Shown here: piece after piece, positions 23,090 through 36,000 of the stretch
Layout: every line of letters starts with the position of its first letter
Numbering within the stretch: position 1 is the stretch's first letter
Source of the DNA: Macrostomum hystrix
Lineage: Eukaryota; Animalia; Platyhelminthes
DNA: 64,000 bases
Direction: 5' to 3'
Assembly: GCA_950097015.1 (NCBI GenBank)
Contig: CATNEN010000003.1
Span: forward strand, 8,804,001 to 8,868,000
Program-made: the position numbers and the translations under genes
The notes under the pieces: generated by a model
Database searches by the model: none
The model's input: only the letters and a program-made list of their open reading frames with translations
What the model was told of the DNA's origin: nothing

Positions 23090-23314
23090 CAAATAAGAAG
23101 AAACTAAATCACAGATTAAGTAATTGTCTGTGCTACTGAAAGAGGGGCAGGAATCTTATAGATCTGCACGTTTAATTATTTTTAATTTTAAATTGTTTCA
23201 GACAGCAACATAATGACAATGGAATGCAATGCAATGCAACAGGACACAACAAGAGACAGTCAGACATGCTGGAAACCTTAGAGTCAAAGTCAGAGACTAG
23301 CAAAGCTGCACCAA

Positions 23315-23485
23315 TTACACGGGGTAGTAGCCTAGTGAGCCACCCAGAATAGAAGATTCCCGAAGATCTTCCACTGGAAGCACCAGTGCCAGAGAAACTC
23401 TTCTATGTGTGTTTCAAATAGCGCCTTTGATGTTCCGTGCATGGACGGCAGTATGGCCTTGGCATGAACCCATGTGCCTTCACAT
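23315..23485 (-). pseudogene. Second Merlin transposase remnant (C-terminal fragment)
   Basis: Minus strand reads CEGTWVHAKAILPSMHGTSKALFETHIEEFLWHW, paralleling VEGTWAHAKHKLRNMYGMQLQLFETDLQEFLWHK in the 15064-16366 element. Confidence 0.8.
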
Positions 23486-25299
23486 GATTAATTTAAATTA
23501 AATTAAGTACAAGTCCAGTTAACTGGACAAATAGCTGTTTGATTATTTGTCCAGTTAACCAAGTTATAATTTATAACAAAGTTATAAGGGGTTGTAGCGC
23601 TACCACAAGAACCTCTATCATTTGTAAGATAAAATAATTAACAAGCTGCAAAAAGACAGTCATTCAGATTTGAAGTGTGTATCTCAAATTATTTTCACTT
23701 ATCAGCTAATTAAAAAAATTAAACCTTTCCCATAAATTCGGTTGTTTCAGGGACTAACTTAGTTCAAGGGTATAGTTCGGTCATTGTGAGGTCAAGACTC
23801 AAGATGGCTTTCAGCAGGGCAAGAGTGGTCTTTGGGAGGATCGTTGCTCCTGCTCGTTGAAAGGGGAGAAATCCTTGGGTGGTTAACTGGTTAACCACAT
23901 GAATAATCTAACCAATAATTAAATGTGCGGAACTGCAAGATTGCCAGAGGGGCAAAAGTGTGCGCAAAACTAGCTGCAAATTAGTTTTCTCTTTTGTGCA
24001 ACTTTGTTTTTTTTGTTAATTAAAGGCATATTTTTTATGAGTTTTTGGTCTATTTTTTACATCTCCATATTCTCTGATTTTCTATTCTTCTACTCAGGGC
24101 TTTTTTCTTTCTTTTCTTTTTTCTTCTTCTCTTCTACTCTCATTTTTTTCTTTTTTACTGTCCCTGTTTTTCTCTTCTACTCTCTCTGTTTTTTATTATT
24201 GAAATCTCATAGCAGAAAGAGCCTTTGTCTTTTCATAAGATGAATACTTTCATAGTCAATCTGTTTCTAAATCAAATCAGTTCTATTAGCTGGTATTCTA
24301 GTAGCAAGTGGTCATAATTGTGATTTGCAATTGTGACTTCTTTTAATGTTTCACATTTCTATTTTCTATAAAAACTATATCACCAAGTATCCTGAATCAT
24401 TGTATTTGATCTGAAAAGTGTATTTAATCCTCTCAAACTATCCTCTCAAGCTACAATATATGCCACCTTTTGGTTCAAAACAAAGTTACACAGCTGGCTG
24501 AGATTCTGGATGTTGCATCTGTGTAGGATTATCCATCAGCAGGCTTTAAAGCAATTATATATACTTAAATTTACAGATGTTACAATGTACCACTTCATGT
24601 AAAACTGAGACAGATTAAGTCCATTTATATTTTCTTATTCTGGACTGAAGACCAGATTATAATGGCTTTATAGCCTATGGTTTGTTGTCTCATTTGTAAC
24701 TTTGTATCTTATAGTAAAAAATACATTTCAAATGTTTTAGAATAGCAAAGACTTTTGTGAGATTTTAAGATTTATTTAATTGTTTTTTTAAATTAATTGT
24801 AAAAATCTTGGTAACTCTAAAAATAGTCTTACACTTTTTTAATTGGTCAAAAAAAAATAAAGTCATGGCCATTTTGGTGCTAAAATACATATTTAAATCT
24901 GATTATACTTTATGGTCTATAATCTTTTAACCAGAAATTGTTTTATGCTTTTTTGTAAGATCATATATATTTAGTCAAATATATCATAAGTGGGGTCTCA
25001 TTTAAGCATTAGTCTTCTTCTTATAAATAAAAATGTTCTATTTTTTACTTTAAATAAGATTCTAATTTATCACTACAATTTACTATAAATTGTTATTGCA
25101 ATTCACCTTCTGTTATTTCTAGTGTCATTTTTTTATTCTCAAATTAATTAATTTTTTCTTGTTTTTCACTTACATTAATACTAATGTACCAATACTATGT
25201 ACTAATTCTATTCATAATACTTTAGAAATACTTCAAGGTCTTGTGAGCTTTAGGCCTAGTATCCCAAAAAGCTAAAGTGTGGGGGTGTTGCCAGCAGTC

Positions 25300-26620
25300 G
25301 CCCATGTTGTTGCTAGGATAGCATTAGTGTGCTGGCTTGGCTTTTAGAGAAAAGATGGATGCCTTGAGGATAACAGGAGGGTTGGTCCAGCTCCTCTTGT
25401 ATTTGTGTCTGTTAGATGACTCCACTGCTGAAGCCATTCTCCACCCTTATAGAGCCAGACATGGGAACAATGATGTCCAGGTCAGGGCAAGTCTTGGAAA
25501 TGAGCTGTTGGGCAAGTTGGATGTTGTCAGCTGCATTAGGTTTTTCTGACTTTGCTGGCAATGATGCAGGTCTTGCTTCCTGCGCTCGAGGGAAGCTGGT
25601 CCAGCATCTCTTTCACTAAGTTGATGCCAAGCAGGTCTGCTTTCGAGAGGCAGGAGCGAGCCTTGGCTCTACAGCTGGCCCAGGTGAGCCATTGCTGGCA
25701 GCATTTGTTTTGTTCTCAGCTAATAGGTGTCTGGAAGAGTTTGCTGTGAGGTAGAGCCAATGGTCCAGCATGGTTGTCCAGAGCGTGTTACAGAGTTTGT
25801 GAATGCCCTCGAGTCCGCTTTCTCACCGCAGAGCCTCCTTGGGTTTGGCTCCGGTAAAGATGCGCTTGGCGCAGACGGCTTGGTTTTAGATAGTGCTACT
25901 GATCCAGGGCGTCCAGGCGCAGGTGCCATATACCATTCTGCTCCTAATCAGTGCGATATTGGTGGTGTGCACTAGATCTGTCTCAGCCTCAGGCCTGACT
26001 TGCCAGCAAGTTTCTGCAGCAGGTTTAGCCATTGCCTGCAGGCTCGGATGATGTCGGCGTGTCTGGTAAAATTTAGACAGCTGTCGAAGATCAGGCCGAG
26101 GATTGCAGCGGGTGACGGTTGATGAGGCTGCGCTGGCCGGTGGTCGGGTTGCTGTCATTCGACTACAGGGTCAGCAAGAATTTTCTTGCTGCCGCCTGGC
26201 CTAGCATTGACGGGCGCGGACCTTGCTGGCGATGACCTTGGCGTGAACATTCATCATAATGTTTGCTTTGGCCCTGTCGGCTCCTGCCCTGGTGTTCCAG
26301 CGGTTGCCCACTGATGTGCGAAGGGCCACTTACTTTAAGCTGCTTAAGTCTTTTCCACATCTGGTGTGTGACGTTGTCTTCCGGGTGCTGACGCAGTGTT
26401 CTTGTGTCCGCTGCTGTGCGATGTCGATGATTTTGGCGTTGACGTCGATCCAGCGTGATCATTCAATGCCATCGGCTTTAATGCCAATTCAATGCCAATG
26501 CCCTCACTTTGTATCTTTCCGCTAATGTCCTCGTCAAGGAAGTCATTGGTGCGGACTGGTGGTGCGGACAATGTTGCCGACCGCATCTCTCGGCTGTGAT
26601 GATAGCGTAACGTATTCGTC
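25300..26620 (-). pseudogene. Highly decayed non-LTR retrotransposon remnant (I/Jockey-like thumb region)
   Basis: GC-richer island; TNIALIRSRMVYGTCAWTPWIS resembles the post-RT 'Y.ALIRS.LEYG...W.P' segment. Many stops and frameshifts. Confidence 0.4.
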
Positions 26621-28687
26621 GTTCTTTAGATAATAATTGCCTTTAAAAGAAATTGTATTACGTTCTATTTAAATTACTGTAGTACATACTGGCAGTAGCA
26701 TATTAGGATTCAATATTTTCTTCTTGTAGCCAAATTAAGACATCAATCTTGCCATGAATGCTTTGATAGCTAGCTAGTCATTTTTGAGCTTTCTGTCTTA
26801 AATTCATCTCTGTCTGTCTGGATGCTGACCTAGTTAGCAGATAGATTTATCTTCTAAAAATGCTAGTCTATAGGCGAATATTTGGCTAAGGAAGTAAAGC
26901 TGCAGTCAACGGGGTGTGTGCGTGTTACTGTGACGTCAAAGGGAGGTTAAAATTATGGTTTTAAAATCGGCTGTGAGGGGCAGGGCTATTCTTCCCCTGT
27001 TTTTCAAAAGGCTTCTAGACTGCAAGATTTTATGTAATATTTTTCTAGAATCCTTCAAGGGTGAAAAAATTACATACCTCTTGTACTGGACTGAGAACGG
27101 AAGTAAGCATTTTTGTATTTCAATATCTGCTAGTTTCAATATTCTTATTGAATTTTGCAGAAATGTTGAAGCTTCCGTCCTTATTTTTAGTATTCGCTGT
27201 ATTATTAGAAAAAAACTACAATTTCGCATTCAATAGGGACTATTATTCGACATATGCTATGTTCTTTCAGTGTGTGATGAAGATTGAATAGCTAATTAGC
27301 GAAAAAAAACCGCACACACGAAACCATAAAGCACTCTGCAGATTGATGGAAGTTGGCTATGATAATAATGGCCTTTTCAATGGCCCATTTGTCCCTGCGA
27401 AAGGTCATATATAATTAGCATATGTTACGTAGTCATTAGATAAGTGGTTAGAGTAGTTAGGTCTTCAGACTTAGACCCAGAGGTCCGAAGTTTGAATTTC
27501 AGTCCAAAAAAGCGATTCACTTTCTTGAAAAAAGGCAACCTATCTTCCTAGTGCTTTCGTTCAGCTGTGTGTGGTAGAAAATTGGGTTGTTGTGAGTAGT
27601 TTGAAAGCCTCGCTGTTTAGTTTAAGCGCCGTATAAATCGCTGCTTGATGTACTCAGTTGACCTTGTACTCTTGTTTATTCTCCCTGCACTTACCACTAA
27701 CCTCTCCTTCTTCACCTGCTCTTTCCCTGCATCCTCTGTTTTTTCCTGTGCAGGTTTGACAGTTTCTTACGCTTAACTTCTCTCTTCGTGCTTCATTTTC
27801 TCCCTATTATCATTTTTTTCACTAAAAACTGCAAACTCACTGTCAATATCAGAAAGCATAGAACTGAAAATTACTAACGAAACTAGCTAATTTGTAGGTT
27901 CCGGTAAATGAATATGTACTCTCTGCTAACAAGACTTATTTGAAACTTTCACCCTACACGCTAAACCAGTAAGGAACTAAGGCCGCGTTGATAATGTAGA
28001 AAAGGAAGAAAAAATCCAATCGATAAAGACGCATCCTGTTTGTCTAAAGGATGCAACCTGAAAATCCTGAATGCTATTTTCTCCCATCGATAATGCGGCT
28101 TCTCTTTGGCGAACTGTCGGTTCAAATTTCCTTTCCTAGTCAGTCTACTTAATCTATTCTAAACTAATCTCCGAAATTTTTCAAACCGGAGAGCTTCGAA
28201 TGAATCCTCCTTATAAATTTATGATGACTTTAGTTTGATTTATTATGGGTTCAGATAGTTTATCTCCAAACGGTTTCAAATTTTCAGAGCTTTCTATATT
28301 AAAAGCGGGAAATTTTCGCATTAAATACGGTCTGGTTATTAACGAAAGCTTCTGATTGCAAAAGTAAATAAATATTCCTCTTTAAGCCTAATTTACTTTC
28401 TCTAGATATCAGGTTACGAAATATAATGGTAGCACGTTAAAACTATTCCAATCGTACATGTTTTCTATAAATCTATATTATCTAAAATTAAGAACCATAG
28501 GCTCTGAAATTTAGCATCTTTCTTATATATATTTAGCGGTGTTTGACGTGCTGTGTTAAGAATTTCTTTAAAAAATATATACGAGAGTAACTGTTCCAAC
28601 AGGAACTTCTGTATGCATTTCAGACCTTTGCAAATAACTCGCCGCAATCAAATTAAAGCATTAAACAAGACTTTAAACTAACAAAGC

Positions 28688-30504
28688 ATGTCTCAGCAGC
28701 AGTCGTCGACAGTTCCATCTACTTGCTCAACGCCAGCTTCGGCCTCGTCGGCATCTTCAATGGAGCAGCTTCGGGGTGATCTCCATCGCCTAGTTGACCA
28801 GGCGGTGGATCGGCTCAAAGACAATCTGTCAGCGCAGCGAGACGCCGAAATTGATCGTCTAACTAGATGCAACTCTCGCTTGGCGGCCCTGTTAAGTCAC
28901 GAGCGTTCGGTTACTAAGCATCAGGCTCAACAGTTGCGTATTCTGCGCGACACTAGCAATCACCATGGCAACGATGCTGAGCCAGCAACGGTAGCTGCTC
29001 TCTTGCCAACAGCGCGCAAGTGAGTAAAATATTTTTGAGGGGCACAAGCCTTGTGTTTGGAGCGTCGGACTCATGACTTGAAGGTCGGGAGTTCGATTCC
29101 CGGCTACGCTAAAAACTGTTTGTGTCCTTTAGCAAGAAACATAGCTCTGCATTGTTTCAGCTCACCCAGCTGAGAAGTGTGTACCAGCATTAGCAGGGGG
29201 AATTAAGGGTATGTGTGGCGTCCCCTCCAGTCCATAGACTGAACAGCCGTACCCAGCCTTCAGGTGTGCCGCATCTGAAGGTCAGAAGTTCGAAATCTCA
29301 GTCTAAGGGAGACAATTAGTCTTCTTAAACAAGGCACCCAATACCACATAGCAATAGGTGCGATTGAACCTGTCTGAACTGAAACTGTCTCTTTTACAGG
29401 CGACGGAAGTGCGACTTGTCCGACTCTTCGATGTCTATGGCCAAAACCAGCGTCGCTCAAACCGCAGCTGGTGCCGCTCGTCGCGATGTCAGCGTTCAGC
29501 GTCACAAGAGACGCCGAACTCAACCTGCGGCCGTTCCTTCGTCTGTAGACGACAAAAAGTTTGTTGCCGCAGTCATTTCTAGAAGATCGTCTCGACGTTC
29601 AACGGCCGCTTATTCGTCCACCTCGTCGATGGAAGAGCCAGAAGACGAGTCTACACTGACAGATGCAGAGGATATTGTCGGAAATTATTCCGCCACAGAA
29701 TTGGATAACGAGAGCAGCAGTGCCTGCAATCGACTCGGCATTCAGTTGAGTCCCCCATCGCGTCTACTAGCTCCGCCTAAGCCAGCGAAGGCCATTGGTG
29801 GCCGTCGTCATTCAGCCAAAGCTGTCATTGTCAATCATCGCGATGATCTTCTATTGAATACAACCGGTGCTAGCGTTGTCACAATTCCAGCTAAGAAGCA
29901 GCAACAGCAACAGCAACAGCAGAAGCAACCAGTATCCAGTGCTGGTTCAAGCAATCTATCAATGTCGTCCAGTATTGCTGCTGACAATACTAGCCAGCTG
30001 AATGATGCTGTTGGCAATTTTCAACAGTTGGATAGTACCACTGTCATGCCAGTACATGATAAGCGCAGCACTAGGAGACAGTCTTCCTCCAGTGGTGGAG
30101 CTGCTGCTAATGCTGGTCTGGACGAGAACCGACCAAAACTTGGCGGTTCGCCAACTCATACTGTTTCTCGTAAGCAACAGCAGCAGCAGCAGCAGCAGAA
30201 GCAGCCGGTGTTTAAGCCTCCCCTACCGCCAGCCAGATTTGGCCCGTCTGTAAACAAGAAAGTGTCTAGTAGCAGTAGTGCCGCTGCCACAGCCACTGCA
30301 ACATCGTCAATGCCAACTGCAACTGCTAGTACAGCCGCTATGTTGTCGCCTCTCTATTGCTCAACTCTGCGCGTGAATTCGCGAGATTTCGATCCGGAGT
30401 CTGACAAACCGATTCCTACTAAACCGCCTGTACCTTCTGCTCGAAAGAGAGAATCAGCCAATGCTAGCGGAGGCAACAATGGCCTAGTTACAACAGCAAG
30501 CTAA
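28688..30504 (+). CDS. Two-exon protein (28688-29019, 29400-30504; ~478 aa): N-terminal coiled coil, low-complexity disordered remainder; possible shugoshin-like
   Basis: Donor AA|GTGAGT (phase 2) joins acceptor TTTTACAG|G in frame with the 29416-30504 ORF; AATAAA downstream at ~30724. Function uncertain. Confidence 0.72.
29035..29283 (+). mobile_element. SINE family A, copy 3 (3' truncated), intronic
   Basis: GAGCGTCGGACTCATGACTTGAAGGTCGGGAGTTCGATTCCC, GTGTCCTTTAGCAAG, GTCCATAGACTGAACAGCCGTAC. Confidence 0.85.
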
Positions 30505-31309
30505 ATAATAACTAAATAATCTACGAATATGACAATTGTTTTGCTAATTAAACCTCTGTACTTACTCTTCGTCTTAATCTATTTAAATAGCCTAGAGTAC
30601 TTGGGTTCTAATTAACTAAAAGCATATTACCTCTGTTTATAAAATTTATATTTATAACCTCTGTGCAACTAATTTCAATTGTAATCAAACGATTCCTATA
30701 CTTATGTACTATTATTTATTTTCAATAAAATTTATCAATTGATTACTGTAAATATAATGCTAATGAAACAAACCAATATGTACTTTTCAATTCTACACCT
30801 ATTAATTTCAGTATAAGCACGCATTTTAACCTGCCTAATATATTTTATTTGTGTTGTACAACTGCAATGCATTTTTTACCTCGTCTCTTACTTTTAAACT
30901 GTTAGTTTAAAAACACGTAATCTGTATTTATTTCATTTTTTTCTACTGCACTTAAAAGCTTAGCTCTATTGTTTTGCTTTTCGTATTGTCATTCTGTGAG
31001 CATTTTTCGTCACTATCAGCTCATGTTTACTCATTAGCTATTATTATTACGGTTACAGTTTAAAGTTTTTTCTTCGACGGGTAATTTTAAACAATGTTCT
31101 CTTTCTTAGAAATCAATTTTACCTTAAAGTGTGCCAGAAATATAAAAATAAACTGAATTCTTTCCTATTTCGAGGGGGATAACATTAGTGTACTTTTAGA
31201 CTTTTTTATTTAGTGTTTGACAATTTTAGAATCATATTTTTAGCTCGGATAACAATGTAATTACCTTAAAGTATACGAGATATTTATAATTAAAAAAAAT
31301 TAAAAATCT

Positions 31310-32480
31310 CAGGGGTCGGCAAACTCCGACCCGCTGGCCAGATGCGGCCCTCGAAGCTCCCAAATCCGGCCCGTTGCCCCTTCCGACATCTATAGTGTCC
31401 TGTTTCATCTTTCCCGTGTCTCATCTCTCCCGTGTCTCATCTCTCCCGTGTCTCATCTCTCCCGTGTCTCATCTCTCCCCTGTCTCATCTCTCCCCTGTC
31501 TCATCCCCCCTGTCTCATCTCTCCCCTGTATTATCTCTCCAGTGTATCATCTCTCCCCTGTCTCATTCCTCCCCTGTCTCATCTCTCCCCCCATTTATCT
31601 CTCCCGTGTCTCATCTCTCTCGTGTCTCATCTCTTCCCGTGCCTGATATCTCCTGTGTCTCATCTCTCTTGTGCCTTATCTCTCCCGTGTCTGATATCTC
31701 CCGTGTCTTATCTCTCCCGTGTCTGATATCTCCCGTGTCTTATCTCTCCCGTGTCTGATACCTCCAGAGTCATATCTCTCTCGTGTCCCATCTCTCCTGT
31801 GTCTTATCTCTCTCGTGTCTCATCTCTTCTCGTGCCTGATATCTCCTGTATCTCATCTCTCTTGTGCCTTATCTCTCCCGTGTCTTATCTCTCCCGTGTC
31901 TTATTTCTCCCGTGTCTGAAATCTCCAGTGTCATATCTCTCTCGTGTCCTATCTCTCCTGTGTCTTATCTCTCTCGTGTCCCATCTCTCCCGTGTCTCAT
32001 CTCTCCTGTATCTCATCTCTCCCGTGTCCCATCTCTCCTGTGTCTCATCTCTCCCGTGTCTCATCTCTCCCGTGTCTCATCTCTCCCGTGTCTCATCTCT
32101 GCCGTGTCTCATCTCTCCCGTGTCTCATCTCTCCCGTGTCTCATCTCACTCGTGTCTCATCTCTCCCGTGTCTCATCTCACTCGTGTCTCATCTCTCCCG
32201 TGTCCCATCTCTCCTGTGTCTCATCTCTCCCGTGTCTCATCTCTCCCGTGTCTCATCTCTCCCGTGTCTCATCTCTCCCGTGTCTCATCTCTCCCGTGTC
32301 TCATCTCTCCTGTGTCTCATCTCTCCTGTGTCTCATCTCTCCCGTGTCCCATCTCTCCCGTGTCTCATCTCTCCCGTGTCTCATCTCTCCCCTATGTCAT
32401 ACTTCTACAGTCAATGCGGCCCACTGTCGTCTTTTAGGTTCTGTCTTTGGCCCGCTAGCTAATAAGCTTGCTGACCCCTG
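31310..32480. mobile_element. hAT-type MITE with an internal expanded 16-bp satellite
   Basis: TIRs CAGGGGTCGGCAA / TTGCTGACCCCTG (12/13); subterminal GATGCGGCCC, AATGCGGCCC, TGGCCCGC. No clear 8-bp TSD. Confidence 0.75.
31400..32395. repeat. 16-bp pyrimidine-rich minisatellite (GTGTCTCATCTCTCCC)
   Basis: About 60 tandem copies. Confidence 0.95.
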
Positions 32481-33092
32481 CAGTCAATCTTCCATGAAAA
32501 CAGTTGATAAATTTGATTAAATAAGAAATGAAAAATTTATTCAATTTTATATACATTATTGAGGCAGTTAGATTTGAGGTAGAAATATAGACAGACCTGT
32601 CATACAGATTGTGTATATTTTTTATACAACTATCAGCTTCAGTTAGAAGTTCTTTTACCCCACCCAAACATGCACCCTAGTTCTCTTTTCTTCATCCTAA
32701 CTGTAGGCGTCTTTTTACCCCCCTCTGTAGGGATATTTTCCCCCGCATTTTAGGCTTTTTTCTGAAGTGGGCCATTTTTCCTTCTCCTTCTTCTGAATAC
32801 TCTGTGGCAGATTTTTGAGTAGGTGGGAAAATTTTCTCCGTCTTCTCGCTAGTCTTCGGTGTTTTTTTCTAACTCGAAAAGAACCACGATAGCTCCGCTC
32901 TGATTGGCTAGCCAATAAAAAATCTTCTGACAACTTTTCTCTCTGCTATCTGAATGTAATGCAATTTTCTGTTAACGTTATCTGTCTCAAGTATATATCG
33001 TGTATGTAGAGGCTGGGGATTTAGGCGATTCATACAAAAATATCAAGAATTCGTGTACTAAAAACCCTTATCTACGCAATGCTCCAGCAACA

Positions 33093-36000
33093 ATGTCTAC
33101 CAGTTTCTTCAACGCCGCCGGTTCTTCAGCAATGGACACCTTTGTCGATTCGAATCCGGGACGTCAGCGTACTCTGCAACCAATCACCACTGGCAGCAGC
33201 GTGCTGGCTATTAAATTCAATGCCGGAGTACTTCTAGTGGCTGACACGCTTGGCTCCTACGGTTCCCTGGCTAAATTTCGTTCATTTCCAAGAGTTCTGC
33301 GCGTTAACGATTCCACTGTGGCTGCGGCTAGCGGAGATTTGGCCGATATGCAGTTTCTCAATAATCTGGTTGAAAATCACGGCATTGACGAGGGTGAGAC
33401 TATTGTGATTTTCTTCTGTTACAATTTTTTGCTTTATTTTGTTTATTTAATGTTAAATACTAATTTAGGACTGCTCATGTTCGAGGTCATTCAGAACTTA
33501 TTATGATACTTAAGTCATTCAGGATTTCTCATGATCACAATCATTCAAGACTGTTCATAATCAGTCATTCAGGATTTCTCATGATCACAATCATTCAAGA
33601 CTGCTCATAATCAATCCTTTAATGCTGCTCATAATCAGTCATTCTAGAGCTGCTCATAATCAATCCTTTAATGCTGCTCATAATCAGTCATTCAGAGCTG
33701 CTCATAATCAGCCATTCAGAGCTGCTCATAATCAGCCATTCAGAGCTGCTCATAATCAGTCATTCAGAGCTGCTCATAATCAGTCATTCAGAGCTGCTCA
33801 TAATCAGTCATTCAGAGCTGCTCATAATCAGCCATTCAGAGCTGCTCATAATCAGCCATTCAGAGCTGCTCATAATCAGTCATTCAGAGCTGCTCATAAT
33901 CAGTCATCTAGAGCTGCTCATAATCAGTCATTCAGAGCTGCTCATAATCAGCCATTCAGAGCTGCTCATAATCAGTCATTCAGAGCTGCTCATAATTAGT
34001 CATTCAGAGCTGCTCATAATCAGCCATTCAGAGCTGCTCATAATCAGTCATTAAGGCTGCTCATAATCAGCCATTCAGAGCTGCTCATAATCAGTCATTC
34101 AGAGCTGCTCATAATCAGTCATCTAGAGCTGCTCATAATCAGCCATTCAGAGCTGCTCATAATCAGTCATTAAGGCTGCTCATAATCAGTCATTCAGAGC
34201 TGCTCATAATCAGTCATTAAGGCTGCTCATAATCAGCCATTCAGAGCTGCTCATAATCAGTCATTCAGAGCTGCTCATAATCAGTCATCTAGAGCTGCTC
34301 ATAATCAGCCATTCAGAGCTGCTCATAATCAGTCATTAAGGCTGCTCATAATCAGCCATTCAGAGCTGCTCATAATCAGTCATTCAGAGCTGCTCATAAT
34401 CAGTCATTAAGGCTGCTCATAATCAGTCATTAAGGCTGCTCATAATCAGTCATTCAGAGTTGCTCATAATCAGCCATTCAGAGCTGCTCATAATCAGTCA
34501 TTCAGAGCTGCTCATAATCAGTCATTCAGAGCTGCTCATAATCAGCCATTCAGAGCTGCTCATAATCAGTCATTCAGAGTTGCTCATAATCAGTCATTCA
34601 GAGTTGCTCATAATCAGTCATTCAGAGCTGCTCATAATCAGTCATTCAGAGTTGCTCATAATCAGTCATTCAGAGCTGCTCATAATCAGCCATTCAGAGC
34701 TGCTCATAATCAGTCATTCAGAGCTGCTCATAATCAGTCATTCAGAGTTGCTCATAATCAGCCATTCAGAGCTGCTCATAATCAGTCATTCAGAGCTGCT
34801 CATAATCAGTCATTCAGAGCTGCTCATAATCAGTCATTCAAAGCTGCTCATAATCAGTCATTCAGAGCTGCTCATAATCAGCCATTCAGAGCTGCTCATA
34901 ATCAGTCATTCAGAGCTGCTCATAATCAGCCATTCTGAGCTGCTCATAATCAGCCATTCAGAGCTGCTCATAATCAGTCATTCTAGAGCTGCTCATAATC
35001 AGTCATTCAGAGCTGCTCATAATCAGCCATTCAGAGCTGCTCATAATCAGCCATTCAGAGCTGCTCATAATCAGTCATTAAGGCTGCTCATAATCAGTCA
35101 TTCAGAGCTGCTCATAATCAGCCATTCAGAGCTGCTCATAATCAGTCATTCAGAGTTGCTCATAATCAGTCATTCAGAGCTGCTCATAATCAGTCATTCA
35201 AAGCTGCTTATAATCAGTCATTCAGAGCTGCTCATAATCAGTCATTCAGAGCTGCTCATAATCAGTCATTCAGAGTTGCTCATAATCAGTCATTCAGAGC
35301 TGCTCATAATCAGTCATTCAGAGCTGCTCATAATCAGTCATTCAGAGCTGCTCATAATCAGCCATTCAGAGCTGCTCATAATCAGTCATTCAGAGCTGCT
35401 CATAATCAGTCATTCAGAGCTGCTCATAATCAGTCATTCAGAGCTGCTCATAATCAGCCATTCAGAGCTGCTCATAATCAGCCATTCAGAGCTGCTCATA
35501 ATCAGTCATTCAGAGCTGCTCATAATTAGTCATTCAGAGCTGCTCATAATCAGCCATTCAGAGCTGCTCATAATCAGTCATTAAGGCTGCTCATAATCAG
35601 CCATTCAGAGCTGCTCATAATCAGTCATTCAGAGCTGCTCATAATCAGTCATCTAGAGCTGCTCATAATCAGCCATTCAGAGCTGCTCATAATCAGTCAT
35701 TAAGGCTGCTCATAATCAGTCATTCAGAGCTGCTCATAATCAGTCATTAAGGCTGCTCATAATCAGCCATTCAGAGCTGCTCATAATCAGTCATTCAGAG
35801 CTGCTCATAATCAGTCATCTAGAGCTGCTCATAATCAGCCATTCAGAGCTGCTCATAATCAGTCATTAAGGCTGCTCATAATCAGCCATTCAGAGCTGCT
35901 CATAATCAGTCATTCAGAGCTGCTCATAATCAGTCATTAAGGCTGCTCATAATCAGTCATTAAGGCTGCTCATAATCAGTCATTCAGAGTTGCTCATAAT

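Noticed and set aside
26936-27291. Short ORFs as an endonuclease remnant or gene
   Set aside because: Only a vague ADF/GDF resemblance in AT-rich sequence; unsupported.
31374-32520. Multiple overlapping SHLSRV ORFs
   Set aside because: 16-bp satellite inside a MITE.
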